A stretch of DNA of 64,000 nucleotides, taken from Mobula hypostoma (taxonomy: Eukaryota). This document shows, piece by piece, positions 1 to 14,654 of the stretch. The notes under the pieces were generated by a model. It did not search any database, had not been told where the DNA came from, and worked only from the letters and a program-made list of their open reading frames with translations. The position numbers and the translations under genes were made by a program. Position 1 is the stretch's first letter. Each line of letters opens with the position of its first letter. The stretch lies in the NCBI RefSeq assembly GCF_963921235.1, contig NC_086097.1, positions 109,494,001 through 109,558,000 on the forward strand, read 5' to 3'.

Positions 1-63
1 TGTTCAGCACAACTTTGTGGGCTGAAGGGCCTGTATTGTGCTGGAGGTTTTCTATGTTTCTAT
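1..63 (+). mobile_element. CR1 extreme 3' end
   Basis: Matches 7950-8015 and has a tttctatgtttctat tail. Confidence 0.8.
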
Positions 64-412
64 TGAAAATATTCACTGCCAGAACAATAGTCCAGAAAAC
101 TCTGCCCGCCTAGTCCACTAGTATCCTAACCAGGCCAGATTCTCAGATTATAAATAATTCAGAAAAAAATACCTGAAACCAATTTCTTATGCTTCCCTCA
201 CAACAGTTCCTTTCCATTGAAAGGAGAGAGGCCACTGGATGTATGCCAGGATTAACTGATGAATGTGAACCCTGAAAGTACTCCAGGATTAACCCTCCGT
301 GAGCGAATCTCCCCATCATAACTGCAGAATGCAATGGAGAGCTCCCAGCTCACACTGAGGAGTCTACGTCTGGAGCATAGGCATTGGTGGGAGCAAGTTT
401 TAACTCCCATGC

Positions 413-630
413 TTTTTTATTTATTGAGATACAGCATGGAATAGGCCCTTCTGGCTCCTCGAGCCACACTACCCAGCAGCCCCTGATCTAACCCTAGCCC
501 AATCACAGCATTATTTACAATGACCACTTAACCTACCAACCGGTATGACTTTGAACTGTGGGAGGAAACTGGAGCACCCAAAGGAAACCTACAAGGTCAT
601 GGGGAGAACGTACAAACTCCTTACAGGCAG
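413..630 (-). mobile_element. V-SINE-like element (5'-truncated)
   Basis: ctgtgggaggaaactggagcacccaaaggaaacc is the reverse complement of the V-domain; (TTTA)n tail. Confidence 0.7.
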
Positions 631-2021
631 TCTTGACAACTGGACTTCTGGCTCAGAGCTGGAGCCATTGAGTACACATGGCCTAATGTCATATGGGTTG
701 TTACAGAACACTGTACACAGTAAACCTCTCATCTTACTCCCATTGGCAGTGCTCTCAACAACAAGAGGGAAGAGGTGTAAGGTGAGAGGAGGAAGTTTTA
801 AAGGTATCTGAGGTGAAGTTCCTTCTTACACTGGCTGCATCACAGCCTGCTACGGAATCACCAATGCCCTTGAATGGGAAATCCTACAAAAAGTAGTGGA
901 CTTGGCTCTTAACAACTATGAATACAGTATTAGCAAGTTCACATGGAGCTGCCATCATTTCCCAGACAAGCTCAGGCCATCATAATAGTGTAACGTCTCA
1001 TAACCTGAGAGTTACTTACAATTGTAAAGCTGAGCTTTCGAACACTTCAGCAGCTTTTGTGTTTATTATTATTGTGCACAATTTATGCTCCAAGAAACTC
1101 AATGGCTCCACCAAGTGGCAGATGTTCAACATTTAACAAGTGCCACTGGGCACTTCCTAAAAATGGATTCAGGAATCACAGCAAAACTTAACCTCATAAC
1201 TAACAGAAAACTTACATTCAATATGTTGGAGTGTGGGCGAGATTAATAGCTGCCTACCAAAGGGCTTTGAACAGTGTAAGTGTGGCTAAACCCCTTCAGC
1301 CACATATACATATGGCCAGCATTCAGCATCTGAAAACTGATGTTGGGATTTCCAGCAATCCATCATCTGAATGGTGCAAAGGAACTTCGCACTGGTTGAT
1401 GCCAGTGGTTTACAGTATTCCATAGCACTTTATTAATCCATCGGCAGCTTATTTACATATTTATACATAAATATATGTTACATTTGTCTGGTTGTGTTTT
1501 TACTAATATTCTATATGTGCTTGTATATGTGTGGACTGGGCCTCTAAGCCATGGTATTACCTAGTAGGTTTGGGGCAGGTCATCAGATGATATTGACGGG
1601 CTGGGCGGGAGGGACATATTCTGCACCGTATTTTACTGATATTCTATGTATGTGCAAAGACTGGGCATCAATTTGCAGGGAGGGGTGGTCAAGACTCTTT
1701 TATTCTGTGCATGTGTTCTTGCATGTGACTGTTGTTACTGTGTTTTAGCACATTGGCCCCATGGTAATGCTGTTTTGTTTGGTTGTATTCATGAGTATTC
1801 ATGTACAGTTGAGTGACAATTCAACTTGAATCAAACTGAATTTCAATAAAGTAGACTGGAAGCAATGACTTGAAGATAAAACAATTTTCTGGAGAAGGGG
1901 ATTCAAAAGGAACACTGTGTATATTCCCACAAAGGAAAAAAAAGTATGGCTGGCAGATCTAGAGTACCTACAGGATAGGACAGGGCAGAAAGCGGAATAC
2001 TGTTTAATGTTTACCTGTACT

Positions 2022-2455
2022 CCTCCAAGAGGACCACAACCTCCTTGTTGGGTTTGGAGGCTTGCGTGCCTCAATGACCTGGAGAGCTATGTTGGCTGGA
2101 GTCAGGGCTTTACGCTTTGGCTCTTGGTAGGGTCACCCATGCCTAAAAGGTCAAAGGCTAGAGGTCAGACTAAGAGTGGTCCACTGGTCCTCCAGGTTCA
2201 GGGGTTCAGCTCAGGGATAACAACTCTGACTGGTAAAACAAAACTGTTATGGAAAGAGCAATGAAGAATCCTTCTACATCTGAGTGCAACTCTATTCCAG
2301 AGTCTCCACCCGGGATTTGTGTGAATAACAGTAGTGAAAGCCAAAAGGAAGCTACTGACACAATGAAGGAAGCCCTGAATTCCACCAGAGATGGAGGACC
2401 TTCAACGCTGTTCTGACCATCAGTGGTGTAATGGACAGCAAACAAGTGAGTAAGC
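2022..2455 (+). mobile_element. Bipartite non-autonomous RTE-derived element (5'UTR joined to 3' end)
   Basis: TSD-like TTACCTGTACT (2011-2021) and TTACCTGTGCT (2456-2466). RTE-type leader motifs gagagctatg, ggtagggtcacccatgcc and ggtcctccaggtt; RTE-like 3' end agatggaggacc...gtgagtaag. Family assignment is from recall. Confidence 0.6.
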
Positions 2456-4601
2456 TTACCTGTGCTGCCCACGACATGAACTTTGAATTACATTTTATTA
2501 ATTTATTTGTGCTAATATTTTGCTTTATGTGCTGTGTGTGATATGTTTTGTGGGTGCATTGTGGTCTGGAGGAATGTAGTTTTGTTTGGTTGTATATACG
2601 TACAGTCAAATAACAATAAAATTGAACTTTGGAAGACAATGTCATACACCTAGGGTTCAATATAACAAAGTCTGGAGGAGTTTCAAACATTGAGCTAGAA
2701 TAGAAATTAGGAGATCAACGGCAAGATATGAAAATGTACAAATAGTAAAACTGAAGAAAATCCAAAGATATTTTCTGAGTACAAGCATGTGACTGATGTA
2801 GCTGCATTATTTACCTGATGCACCAATGTATACAGAAATATGTACAGAAAGGTATATAATCTGATGTACCAATATATGCAGCAAGGTGCTGGAAAAAAGC
2901 CAGTAATATCATGAAGCCTTCCTCCCACCCTGCTCATGGACTGTTTGTCCCATTTCCATCAGAGAAGAGGTTATGCAGCAACCATGCCAGGAGCACCAGG
3001 CTTAAAAGCAGTTACTTCCTGCAAGCCGAGGGTGATCCACACCTCCATCCATCAACCCACACACCACCCCCCACCATCATGACATATACAAATCACCTAG
3101 TGTCACTGTATATACATACAATCAGTCTATGTATATAACCGTTACTTGTACATTGTGCTTTATAGGATTGCTTTTATACTTACAGTACATTTATTGTACT
3201 GCAAACATGATGGCATGAATATCAATTTTTCCTTCTGGTAAACAAATCCAACCCCCCCCCCCCCATTCCCACACTGACCTTTCACCTTCCAGTTAGCCTC
3301 CTTCCCCTCCTTCAGCCTTTTTATTCTGGCATCTTCCCCTTTTCCTTCTCCGTCCTGAAGAAGGGTCTCAGTGCAAAGCATGCTGCCCAATCTGCTGAGT
3401 TCCTGCAGCATTTTGTGTGTATGTGTTGCTCTGGATTTCCAGCATCTGCAAACTTCTTCTTGTTTGTACATTTATTGTGTTTTTCTTTGATTTTTTTAGA
3501 GTGTTCTTTATACTTAATTTGTTTTTTTTATGCTGCGTCAGATTCCGGGTAGCAATCATTTTGCTCTCCTGTACTAAAGAATGGCAATAAACAAGCTTGA
3601 GACTTGAGTTAGGACCTGAACGTGGATGGCTAAAGCTGCTTTTGTAATTAACATTAATCAACGTGGAATATTGAAGAGAATAAATATAGAAGAGGAAGCT
3701 TTGAGGGATTTGCCATCATGGAAAATGGATAAATTAACAGGCCCATGTGAGGCACTTCTTAAATAAAAATAGAAAATGTTAAAAACACTCAGCAAATCAC
3801 CTGTGGATAGAAAAACAGAGTTAATATTTCCATGGAAGACCTGGGAGAGAGGGAAATCAAGCTGATTTTAAGTTTCTTAGAAGTTTGGAGAGAGAGGGAT
3901 AAATTAAAGAAAATGTCACTTATAAGGGTTTCTCAGGAGAAAGTTTTTTCACACAGAGGGAGGCTATAGGAGGCAGTGGAATTGGGTACAATTACTACAT
4001 TCAAGAAACATTTAAATAGTACTTAAATGTGCAGAGCATGGAAGGATACTGTGCTAATGTGAGTAAACAGGATTGGTATAGATTAGTAAAAAAGTTGGCA
4101 TCAACGTAACGGGCCAAATGGGCCTTTTTCTGTGCTGTCCTATGATTCTAAAGCTATGAAATGAGGTCATTTTGAGAGTAAGAATATTAACAAAGAGAAG
4201 TAAAAGTTGAAAAATGCAGGACTCACGGAAGTACCTGGCAGATCAGACCATGCAAATGTAGAGAGAAAAAGTGAGTCAATATCACAACTGAGATGTTCAG
4301 CTTTGTTGCAGACAGAGAAAGCAAGTTATTAGTTGTGGGTTCAGTGCCAAGTCCAAAGGTTGCAGAGTGTCCAGATAGAAAACCTTCCTGAAGTTTACGT
4401 GGGCACATTGAGTACACTACGCTGGTTCAGAAGGGCATAGAATGTAGAACATTTTACATACAACATGGCAACAGGCCCCTCAGTCCACAATGCTATGCCA
4501 AGCCAGCTAAAAAGTAAATTTTAAAAAACCCAAAATCTAATTCCTCCTATCTACACAATTTCTATATCCCTCAATCTTCCTCATATTCATGTGCTTATCT
4601 A

Positions 4602-7600
4602 AATGCAGGAAAGAAACACGGATGGTAGTTTGCCTCCCAGGTGCCAGGGTCCAGGAAGTTTCTGATCGAGTCCATGATATCTTGAAGTGGGAAGGAGAAC
4701 AGCCAGAGGTCGTGGTACATATTGGTACCAATGACATAGGTAGGAAAAGGGAGGAGGTCTTGAAAACAAACTACAGGGAGTTAGGAAGGAAGTTGAGAAG
4801 CAGGACTTCAAAGATAGTAATCTCGGGATTACTGCCACGTGACAGTGAGTATAGGAATACAGTGAGGTGCAGGATAAATGTGTAGCTGAGGGATTGGAGC
4901 AGGGGCCAGGGATTCAGATTCCTGGATCATTGGGACCTCTTCTAGGGCAGGTGTGACCTGTAGAAAAAGGACGGGTTGCACTTGAATCCGAGGGGGGCCA
5001 ATATCCTGGCGGAAAGGTTTGCTACTGGCGAGAGTTTAAACTAGAATTACAGGGCGGTGGGAACTGAACTAAAATGATGGAGGAAAGGGAAATTGGCTCA
5101 CAAATAGAGAAAGTTTGGAGACAGTGTGAAAGAGGGGATAGGCAGGTGATAGAGAAGGGACGTGCTCAGTCCGATGGTTTGAGATTTGTCTATTTTAATG
5201 CAAGGAGTATTGTGAATAAAGAGGATGCGCTTAGAGCATGGAGCTATGATGTTGTGGCTATTACAGAGTCTTAGATGGTGCAGGGGCAGGAATGGCTACT
5301 TCAAGTGCCAGGCTATAGATGTTTCAGAAAGGATAGGGAGGGAGGCAAAAGAGGTGGGGGTGTGGCACTGTTGATCAGAGATTTTGTCATGGCTGCAGAA
5401 AAGGAGGAAGTCATGGAGGGGTTGTCTACGGAGGCTCTGTGGGTGGAAATTAGGAACAGGAAGAGGTCAATAACTCTACTTGGGTGTTTTTTATAGACCA
5501 CCCAATAGTAACAGGGACATTGAGGAGCAGATAGGGAGACAGATTCTGGAAAGGAGTAATAATAACAGGGTTGTTGTGGTGGGAGATTTTAATTTCCTAA
5601 ATATTGATTGGCATCTCCCTAGAGTGAGGGGGTTCGATTCGATGGAGTTTATTAGGTGTGTTCAGGAAGGTTACTTGACACTATGTGTAGAAAAGCCTGC
5701 AAGAGGAGAGGCTGTATTTGATCTGGTATTGGGAAATGAACCTGGTCAGGTGTCAGGTCTCTCAGTGGGAGAGCATTTTGGAGATAGTGATCACAATTCT
5801 ATCTCCTTTACCATAGCATTGGAGAGGGATAGGAACAGACATGTTAGGGAAATGTTTAGGGAAAAGTAAGGGGAGCTATGATGCTATCAGGCAGGAACTT
5901 GGAAGCATAAATTGGAAACAGATGTTCTCAGGGAAACGTACGTAAGAAATGTGGCAAATGTTCAGGGAATATTTGCTTGGGGTTCTGAGTAGGTACGTTC
6001 CAATGAGACATGGGAAGGATGGTAGGATACAAGATCCATGGTGTGCAAAGGCTGTTGTAAATCTAGTCAAGAAGAAAAGAAGAGCTTATAAGAGGTTCAA
6101 AAAACAAGGTAATGATAGGAATCTAGAAGATTATAAGGCTAGCAGGAGGAGCTTAAGAATGAAGGAAGGGGCCATGAGAAGGCATTGGCGGACAGGATTA
6201 AGGAAAATCCCAAGGCATTCTACAAGTATGTGAAGAGCAAGAGGAGAAGAAGTAAGAGAATAGGACCAATCAAGTGTGACCGTGGAAAAGTGTGTATGGA
6301 ACCGGAGGAAATAGCGGAGGTACTTAATGAATACCTTGCTTCAGTCTTCACTATGGAAAAGGATCTTGGCTATTGTAGGGATGTCTTTCAGTGGACTGAA
6401 AAGCTTGAGAATGTAGATATTAAGGAAGAGGATGTGCTGGAGCTTTTGGAAAGCATCAAGTTGGATAAGTCACTGGGATCGGATGAGATGTACCTTAGGC
6501 TACTGTGGGAAGCGATGGAGGAGATTACTGAGCCTCTGACAATGATCTTTGCATCATCAATGAGGACGTGAGAGGTTCTGGAGGATTGGAGGGTTGCAGA
6601 TATTGTTCCCTTATTCAAGAAAGGGAGTAGGGATAGCCCAGGAAATTATAGGCCAGTGAGTCTTACTTCAGTGGTTGGTAAGTTGATGGAGAAGATCTGA
6701 GAGGCAGAATTTATGAAAACTTGGTGAGGCATAATATGATTAGGAATAGTCAGCATGGCTTTGTCAAAGGCAGGTCATGCCTTACGAGCCTGATTAAAAT
6801 TTTTGAGGATGTGACTAAACACATTGATGAAGGTAGAGCCATAGATGTAGTGTATATGAATTTTAGCAAGGTACCCCATGCAAGGCTTATTGAGAAAGTA
6901 AGGAGGCATGGGATCCAAGGGGACATTGCTTTATGGATCTAGAACTGACTTGCCCACAGAAGGCAAAGAGTGGTTGTAGACGGGTCATATTCTGCATGGA
7001 GGCCGGTGACCAGTGGTGTGCCTCAGGGATCTGTTCTGGGACCCCCACTCTTAGTGATTTTTATAAATGATCTAGATGAGGAAGTGGAGGGATGGGTTAG
7101 TAAATTTGCTGTTGACATAAAGGTTGGGTGTGTTGTGGATAGTGTGGGAGGCTATCAGAGGTTACAACGGGACATTGATAGGATGCAAAACTGGGCTGAG
7201 AAGTGGCAGATGGAGTTCAACCCAGATAAGTGTGAGGTGGTTATTTTTGGTAGGTCAAAAATGATGGCAGAATATAGTATTAATGGTCAGGCTCTTGGCA
7301 GTGTGGAGGATCAGAGGGATCTTGGGGTCCAAGTCCATAGGACACTTAAAGCTGCTATGCAGGTTGACTCTGTGGTTAAGGAGGCATACGGTGTATTGGC
7401 CTTCATCAATCATGGGATTGAGTTTAAGAGCCGAAAGGTAATGATGCAGCTATATAGGACCCTGGTCAGATCCCACTTGGAGTACTGTGTTCCATTCTGG
7501 TCCCCTCACTACAGGAAGGACGTGGAAACCATAGGAAGGGTTCAGAGGAGATTTACAAGGATGTTGCCTGGATTGGGGAGCATGCCTTATGAGAATAGGT

Positions 7601-8015
7601 TGAGTGAACTCAGCCTTTTCTCCTTGGAGAACGAAGGATGAGAGGTGACCTGAAAGAGATGTACAAGATGATGAGAGGCATTGATCGTGTGGATAGTTAG
7701 AGACTTTTTCCCAGGGCTGAAATGGCTAGCATGAAAGGGCACAGTTTTAAAGTGCTTGGAAATAGGTACACAGGAAATGTCAGGGGTAAGTTTTTTTACG
7801 CAAAGAGTGGTGAGTGCATGGAATAGGCTGCTGGCAACAGTGGTGGAGGCAGATACGATAGGGTCTTTTAAGAGACTCCTGGATAGGTAGATGGAGCTTA
7901 GAAAAATAGAGGGTTATGGGTAACCCTAGGTAATTTCCAAGGTAAGGACATGTTCGGCACAGCTTTGTGGGCCAAAGGGCCTGTATTGTGCTGTAGGTTT
8001 TCTATGTTTCTATGT
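4602..8015 (+). mobile_element. CR1 LINE, 5'-truncated within ORF1 (esterase), with disrupted ORF2
   Basis: ORF1 esterase-like VCLPGARV...VVVHIGTNDIG; APE motifs YRPPN, VGDFNF, SDH; RT motifs GVPQGSVLGP and LEYCVPFWSP; (TTTCTATG)n tail; many stops and frameshifts. Confidence 0.95.
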
Positions 8016-8654
8016 CATGGTTTAAGAGTGAAAGGTGAAATATTTAAGGGGAAAATGATGGGAACTTCTTCACTCTGAGAGTGATGAGAGCGTGGTACGA
8101 ACTGCTGGCAAAGATGGTGCATGTGAGCTTGATTTCAGTGTTGAAGAGAAGTTTAGTTAGTATGTGGATGGAGGGCATGTCGATGGGACTAGGCAGATCG
8201 GCATGGTCTTGATGGGCCGAAGGGCCTGTTTCTGTGTGGTAGTGTTCTATGACTCCGTGACTCTAATTTAGTCTTAAGAGTGAGCAGAAACATTTTGGGA
8301 AGGTATTTCAGATTAACAGCCTTGAGAGCTTGGTATTTGATGTCCAATATTTAAATAACACTTGAATAGGGAAAGTTTAAAGAGATATTGGCCATATGTG
8401 GCCAAATAGGATCAGTTTAGGTGGACAACTTGGTTGGCATGCAGAACTGGGCCGAAGAGTTACATTCCACGCTGTTTTGCCTATGACTCCAAATCCAAAA
8501 TTCCTGATGGTGGCAGCACAACAGACAAGATTGTGATAGTAGCATTCAGCAAATTGGCATTCATTTGGTGGGGCACACTGTATAAGAGCAGGGAGAGTAA
8601 TTGTGTGCTGGAAAGGGTCCATTGGGGATTCATCAGGATGTTGCCTGGAATGGA

Positions 8655-9432
8655 GTGCTTCAATAATGATAACCACCGCATAGAAGATTGTACTAGTGAC
8701 AACAGACTGGTAGAACATGTGAAGGAGAGGCCTGCACACTCCAAAGGACCGGGGGAACATCTGGAGAAACTTCTGAAATGCCTGCTTTGCTGCTGCTGCT
8801 ACTGTGTGATCGAGAATTTCTGGAGGGGAAGACCCCAAATCCTCGGCTTTGCCTACTGCCTGTTGCCAGGGCCGGGGTCGAAGCACTCGGCAGAGATGGT
8901 GCTCGGTGTCGGAGAGCTGGTCGGAGGCTCGGAGTTTTCGGACAGAATCAGAGTCGGACTGTGGTCGGATGCTTCCGGGATGCTGCATGGGCAAGTTGCG
9001 TTGCTGGAGGTTTACCATCTGCATGAGATGATGCGACTTTCGAGAGACTTTGAGACTTTTACCGTGCCCATGGTCTGTTCTTAAATTATGGTATTGCTTT
9101 GCACTGTTGTAACTATACGTTATAATAATGTGGTTTTTGTCAGATTTTCAGTCTTGGTTTGTCATGTGTTTCTGTGACATCATTCTGGAAAAACATTGTA
9201 TCATTTCTTAATGCATGCATTACTATATGACAATAAAAGAGGACTGTGTGTCCTCATAATCTAATTATCTAATCTCACCAGGAAGTAGAGGCGACTCTGG
9301 CCCTTCTTGTACATACCCTCTGTTGGTGCTACACTCAAGTCTGTCATCCAGGTGCACCCCCAGGTACTTGTAGATCCTCACCACATCCATGTTCTCACCA
9401 TTGATAGTAACAGGGAGTAGTGCAGGCTTAGT
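8655..9432 (-). mobile_element. Rex1/Babar-like LINE fragment with a nested plus-strand non-coding retroposon (about 8752-9275)
   Basis: YKYLGVHLDDRL (9265..9477) and RSFGVCRPLLHMFYQSVV (8377..9024) flank an insert ending in AATAAA...(TAATC)n. Confidence 0.65.
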
Positions 9433-9439
9433 CTTAATA

Positions 9440-10320
9440 TAAGAGCAAGGGTGTAATGCTGAGGCTTTATAAGGCATTGGTCAGATAGCACTGTGAGCAT
9501 TTTAGTGCCCTTATCTCAGAAAAGATGAGTTGTCATTGCAGCAGGTCCAGAGGAGGTTCTTGGGAATGATTCTGGAATGAATGGGTTAACATATGAGGAA
9601 CACTTTATACCTCTGGGTCTGTACTTATACTTTATACTTTATACTTTATTGTCGCCAAACAATTGATACTAGAACGTACAATCATCAGCGATATTTGATT
9701 CTGCGCTTCCCGCTCCCTGGATTAAAAATCAATAGTAAATAGTAAAAAGTTAAATTATAAATCATAAATAGAAAAATGGAAAGTAAGGTAGTGCAAAAAA
9801 ACCAAGAGGCAGGTCCAGATATTTAGAGGGTATGGCCCAGGTCCGGGTCAGGATCCATTCAGCAGTCTTATCACAGCTGGAAAGAAGCTGTTCCCAAATC
9901 TGGCCGTATGAGTCTTCTACTTGCTGGAGCTTAGAAGAATGGCAGAGGATCCATTAAAACCTGTCGAATATTGAGAGGCCTATATAGAGTAGATGTGGAG
10001 AGGATATTCCCTATAGTGGGGGAGACTAGAACCAGAAACAGCATTAAAATACAAGGATATCCCTTCAGAACAGAGATGAGGAAGAATTTCTTTGGCCAAA
10101 GGGTGATGATTCTGTGGAATTCTTTGCTACATATGGCTGTGGAGGCCAAATCATTGGGCATATTTAAAGCAGGGGTTGATAGGTTCCTGATTAGTAGTGG
10201 TGTCAAAGATTATGGGAAGAAGGCGGGAGAATGGAGTTCAGAAGCATAACAAATCAGCTATGATAGAATGGCAGAACAGACCCGCTGGAGGGAGTGGCTG
10301 AGTTCTCCTCGTCTGTATTA
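9440..10320 (+). mobile_element. Old CR1 3' fragment interrupted by a minus-strand LINE 3' end (about 9625-9917, (TATACTT)n tail)
   Basis: ORF 9971..10249 (FRTEMRKNFFGQRV). TACTT occurs on both sides of the inner element. Confidence 0.75.
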
Positions 10321-11914
10321 TGGTCTTACAGTTTGGTTTTCATGGCGTGGAGAAGGCTGAGGGGAGAAATGATAGAGATGTACCAAATTGATAGGGGTAT
10401 AGATAGGACAGATAGGAGGGAAATTTTCTACAGCAGAGGAACTTGGAATGAAAGGGCATAGGTTTAGGATAAGTGGGTAAGAAGTACAGTATAGAGGGGA
10501 TCTGTGAAAGCATTTTTTTGATTCATAAAGGGTGGTTTTAGTCTGGAACACCAGCTGGAGTGGGGATGGGGAAGGTACTCACAACATTTAAGAAATATCT
10601 AGAAACACTCTCACACCAACATGGCAAAGGAGGCTAAGGGCGAAGTGTTTGTAAATGGCAGTAATATTGACATGTATTCAATGTTTCTGTGCTGTATGAT
10701 CCCACTGGTCTCTACATGTGAACATTGTATTTGCTAAAGGAAATATTTTATTAAAATGAAAACTGAATTACTTCTAAGTGTCCCGTTTTAAATTATCCAG
10801 GTCCTTTAATTGTATTTTATATGATAAAGATATACATCCAAGCGTGGTTTACAGTGTTTAATTCTGAGTAACAGCAACAATAGCAGCAGAGTACAACTCC
10901 AACAAATGGGAGCAAACTGCAGTAAATTCCACGTGAAGCTTGCCATAATAAATGATTAAAGTTGGCATTTTTAAAATATTTCATCAGTTTACATGTTTTA
11001 ATAAAGCAATGCAGAATTGCGATTGGTGGAAGAGCTTGATTCAGAAATTGGGTTCAAAGTAGCTCACAAAACATGAGAAAATATGAGAAAAGTGCAGTCT
11101 CAGTAAAAAAGATTCTTTTTTCCTGTGCAATGTTCTCTTCAGATTCCTGTTGCATTGCTTTAATGAGTTGCTTCATTTAATAGAAATTTTCAAGATTTTG
11201 TGTTTGAATCTGCAATGAAGATATTAATAATTTAGAAATATTCTATTAGTAAATAAAACATAATTTACACCCACAAAGTCCATGTAGAAGATATTATTTC
11301 ATACAATCAGATGGTGCACAGAAAGAAGACGTTGATGACATGAGTCACTATGGTAGCACGATCAGGGAAAATAAGGAAATGGAGCTGTAAATAAAGAAAA
11401 AGATCTCCACTTGAATGTAGAGATACAGGAGGAAAGTGTAAGGTTCATTTCCTGCAGCCAAACTTCAGGTCCCAGACTGGATTTAAATGGTAACCAATAC
11501 AGCTGATCCAATATTCTCCCTTTCAAAGGACTCAGTAAGTCCAACTAGTTCCCATGAAAGTAAATTTGTTTAATAGATACTTCTCCAACAGGCTTGTATT
11601 ATTATACAACAAGTATCAATTTGCCTCCAGTATCAGTTGTGAATACAGGTGTACATTTATAGCATTACGTACTCCTAGGCAAATTAAATAATGTGCTGAG
11701 TCATGTTTTACCATGCTTGGGGTGACGTCTATCTTCCTCCATTACTATTTTCAAGCGAATGCCACTTGTTTTTTGTGCACGGGAAAACTGGGGCCAGAAA
11801 GTCACTGAGACTATAAGACCATAAGATATAGGAACAGAAAGTCATTTGGCCCATTGACTTTGCGGCGCCATTTCAAAGAAAATGTAACAAAGTAGGACAT
11901 ATACAAAGAGCTTG

Positions 11915-14620
11915 ACAGGTCAGAGGGATGGGTCTGTCAGGATCTGTGGTGATTTTAAACTCACCTTCAACCTAGTACTGAAAGTAGATCAATACCCTCT
12001 GCCCAGGATAGAGGATATCTTTGCAAACCTTTCAGAGGGGAAACACTTCAGCAAAATGGAATTAGCTGAGGCCTACCTACAGATAGAGATGGAAGAAGAG
12101 TCCAAAGTGTTTCTCACCATAAACGCTCGCAAAGGAGTTTAGCAATATAATAAGCTTTTGTTTGGAATGTCATCTGCACCTGCACGCTGGCAGGAAGCTA
12201 CGGACCAGTGCTGCGAGGCTGCCTAGGAACTCAGTGATACTTGGATGACACCATTGTTACCAGTGAGGATGACAAGGACCACCTCCAAACTCTCGGACAG
12301 AGTTCAAATGATTATGGGTTCAGAGCACGACACAAGTGTGAATTCTTCAAACCAAGCATCACTTACTGCAGAAGCATTTACACAAGTGTACTGAGAAAAT
12401 TCACGCAGTGGTGGATGCCCCAAGGCCAAGGACGTGTCACAGTTGTGGGTCTTTTAGAATTTGTCAATTACTATAACAGATTCTTGTCAAACCTGGCTGC
12501 TGTGCTCCACCCCTTGAATTCACTACTACAGTTCAGGAAAAATGGCAATGGATGAAGCAGTGTGAAGTGGCTTTCCAAAAGGCAAAGGAAATGGTGACAT
12601 CAGCCACTGTATTCATACATTATAATCCGCATTACCCACTGATGTTTGTCTGTGATGCCTTGCCTTAAGGCATAGGTGCAGTCATGTCACATGTTATGAG
12701 TGATGGATGTAAATGCCCCTTAGCCTTTCCATCACATTCCCTTATCACTGCAGAGAAAAATTACGCAGGCCTTGATTCTGGTTTGGGGTGTAAAACATTT
12801 CAAGTAGTACTTGTATGAGAGAGAGTTTACCCTCATTACTGATTATCAACCAGTAGTGTCCATTTTCAATCCACAGAAGGGTGTTCCATGAGCAGCTAGA
12901 GCACTAATGCAGATTTGGGCTCCTTTTCTTCAATGATACAATTGCAAGATTGAATTCAAGAGGAGAATTAATCATAGAAATTCTAATGTGTTTTCCTGTT
13001 TACACTTGGAAAAATAAATACTCGAAAATTTTACAAAAGAGGACACTCCACTTGACATATTCTCCCAAATGCAAATCAAAAGTCTCCCTATTGTAACAGA
13101 GATATTCCAAAGGGAGATAGGAAAAAATATCCCACACTGTCTCAGGTTGGAATATAAAGCAGAAATTCCAGTTCCCCCACTTTTATCAGCGCCGGAATTA
13201 ACTTGCCCTTGATGGGGGTTGCCTTATGTGGGGATTGAGAGTTGTTGTACCATCCAAGATGAGAGCTAAAGCGTTGGAGGAGCTACATGCTGGTCATCTG
13301 GAGTAATCAAAATGAAAGTGTTGGCTCAAAGCTTTGACTGGTGGCCTGGGATAGATCAGCAGATCAAGCAGCTTGCCATGCACTGTTTGGGATGCCAACA
13401 CATCCAGAATATGCTAAAAGCAGCACCTCTCCATCCCTGGGAATGGCCTGAATTGCCCTGGCAAAGGATTCATGCGGATTTTGTCATTTTGGGCACGATT
13501 TTTTTGATAGTAGTGCATGCAGCTACAAAGTGGCCAGAATTGCTCCTAATATCTTCCACTACAGCCTGACACACTGTTGATGTGTTGAGAAACCTCTTCT
13601 CAAGGACTGGTTTTCCAGGACACCTAGTTGGTAAAAATGGACCCCAATTTTTGTGGAACAGTTTCAGTCATTCCTGAAAATGAATGGAATAAGACATATT
13701 ACATATGTCCTATATCACCCAGCTATAAGTGGCTTGGTGGAAAGGTTTGTCCAGAGTCTAAAGAAAGCACTGTGAGCAATGTCAGCAGAACATACTACAC
13801 TGATACTGAATCACAAGCTTGCTAATTTACTTCCTGCATTTTGCAATGCAGCACACCCCACAACCAGCTATGCTGTTCCTGGGTTGTCCCTTGCCCTCAC
13901 ACTTTCGAATCTCCTCAAACCCAATCTCAGAAGGAGTGTGCAGGACAGGCAGTTGAGAGAAATTGAGGGCTCCTCAAACATGGAGGTTTGATGTTTCACT
14001 CTGGACCAGCAGTCCTGGCAAAGAGTGAGTACAGAGGTGATCAAAAGTGGGTACTTGGATAGATTAAGGACAGAACTGGACCTACCCAGTGGAGGTGACA
14101 CACTGAGCAGCTGAAGAGAGCGGAGTCAATCGTTACAGAAGAAAAATGTCCAGAGTCAACTCCTACAACCACCATGGAGGAAGCTCCAGAACGTGAGATT
14201 GTTTCACAGCCACAAGTCTCTCAGATTGAACCCCATTGTCAGGAAAGACATTTTCCCTCAAGATTAAGAAATCTTCCACGGTGATTATATATGCAGTATA
14301 GATGACTAGAGAGCAATATGTTACATACCTGTGTTGAAAAGCATTCTATAGTAAGTTAGCTAAGCAGGGAGGAGTGTTGTGTTTTTAATATTTCAGTAAT
14401 GTCTGAGTAATATAAATATATTGTTTGATTAAGTTTTTTTTGTTTGTTGACATAATTCATTATGGGTTAGACAGTATGTAATATGTGTGTGAATGGCATT
14501 CGTCATTATACCATCACATCATATTTGCATGCCTCACGAAAGTAAAAACGAAGCAGACATATTTTCCTGGGCTCCCGTATTTTTCCTTCAATTAGTTTTG
14601 GAGTTATAAACCTTGACAAC
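11915..14620 (+). mobile_element. Degenerate 5'-truncated Ty3/Gypsy LTR retrotransposon (RT-RNaseH-integrase, PPT, 3' LTR about 14375-14620)
   Basis: RICGDFK...QYPLPRIEDIFANL (RT); integrase-type WWPGIDQQI...CLGCQ and PWEWPELPWQRIHADF; purine tract aagcagggaggag directly followed by TGTTGT; multiple stops. Confidence 0.9.
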
Positions 14621-14654
14621 TTTCAGCCATAAAACCAAAAGCTGCATTAACCCA

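Noticed and set aside
143..334. Short minus-strand ORF containing a possible donor (ttcag|gtattt)
   Set aside because: No recognisable protein similarity and no convincing acceptor.
8377..9084. Overlapping antiparallel ORFs of 215 and 216 aa
   Set aside because: They are chimeric read-through across nested repeat fragments, not a coherent gene.
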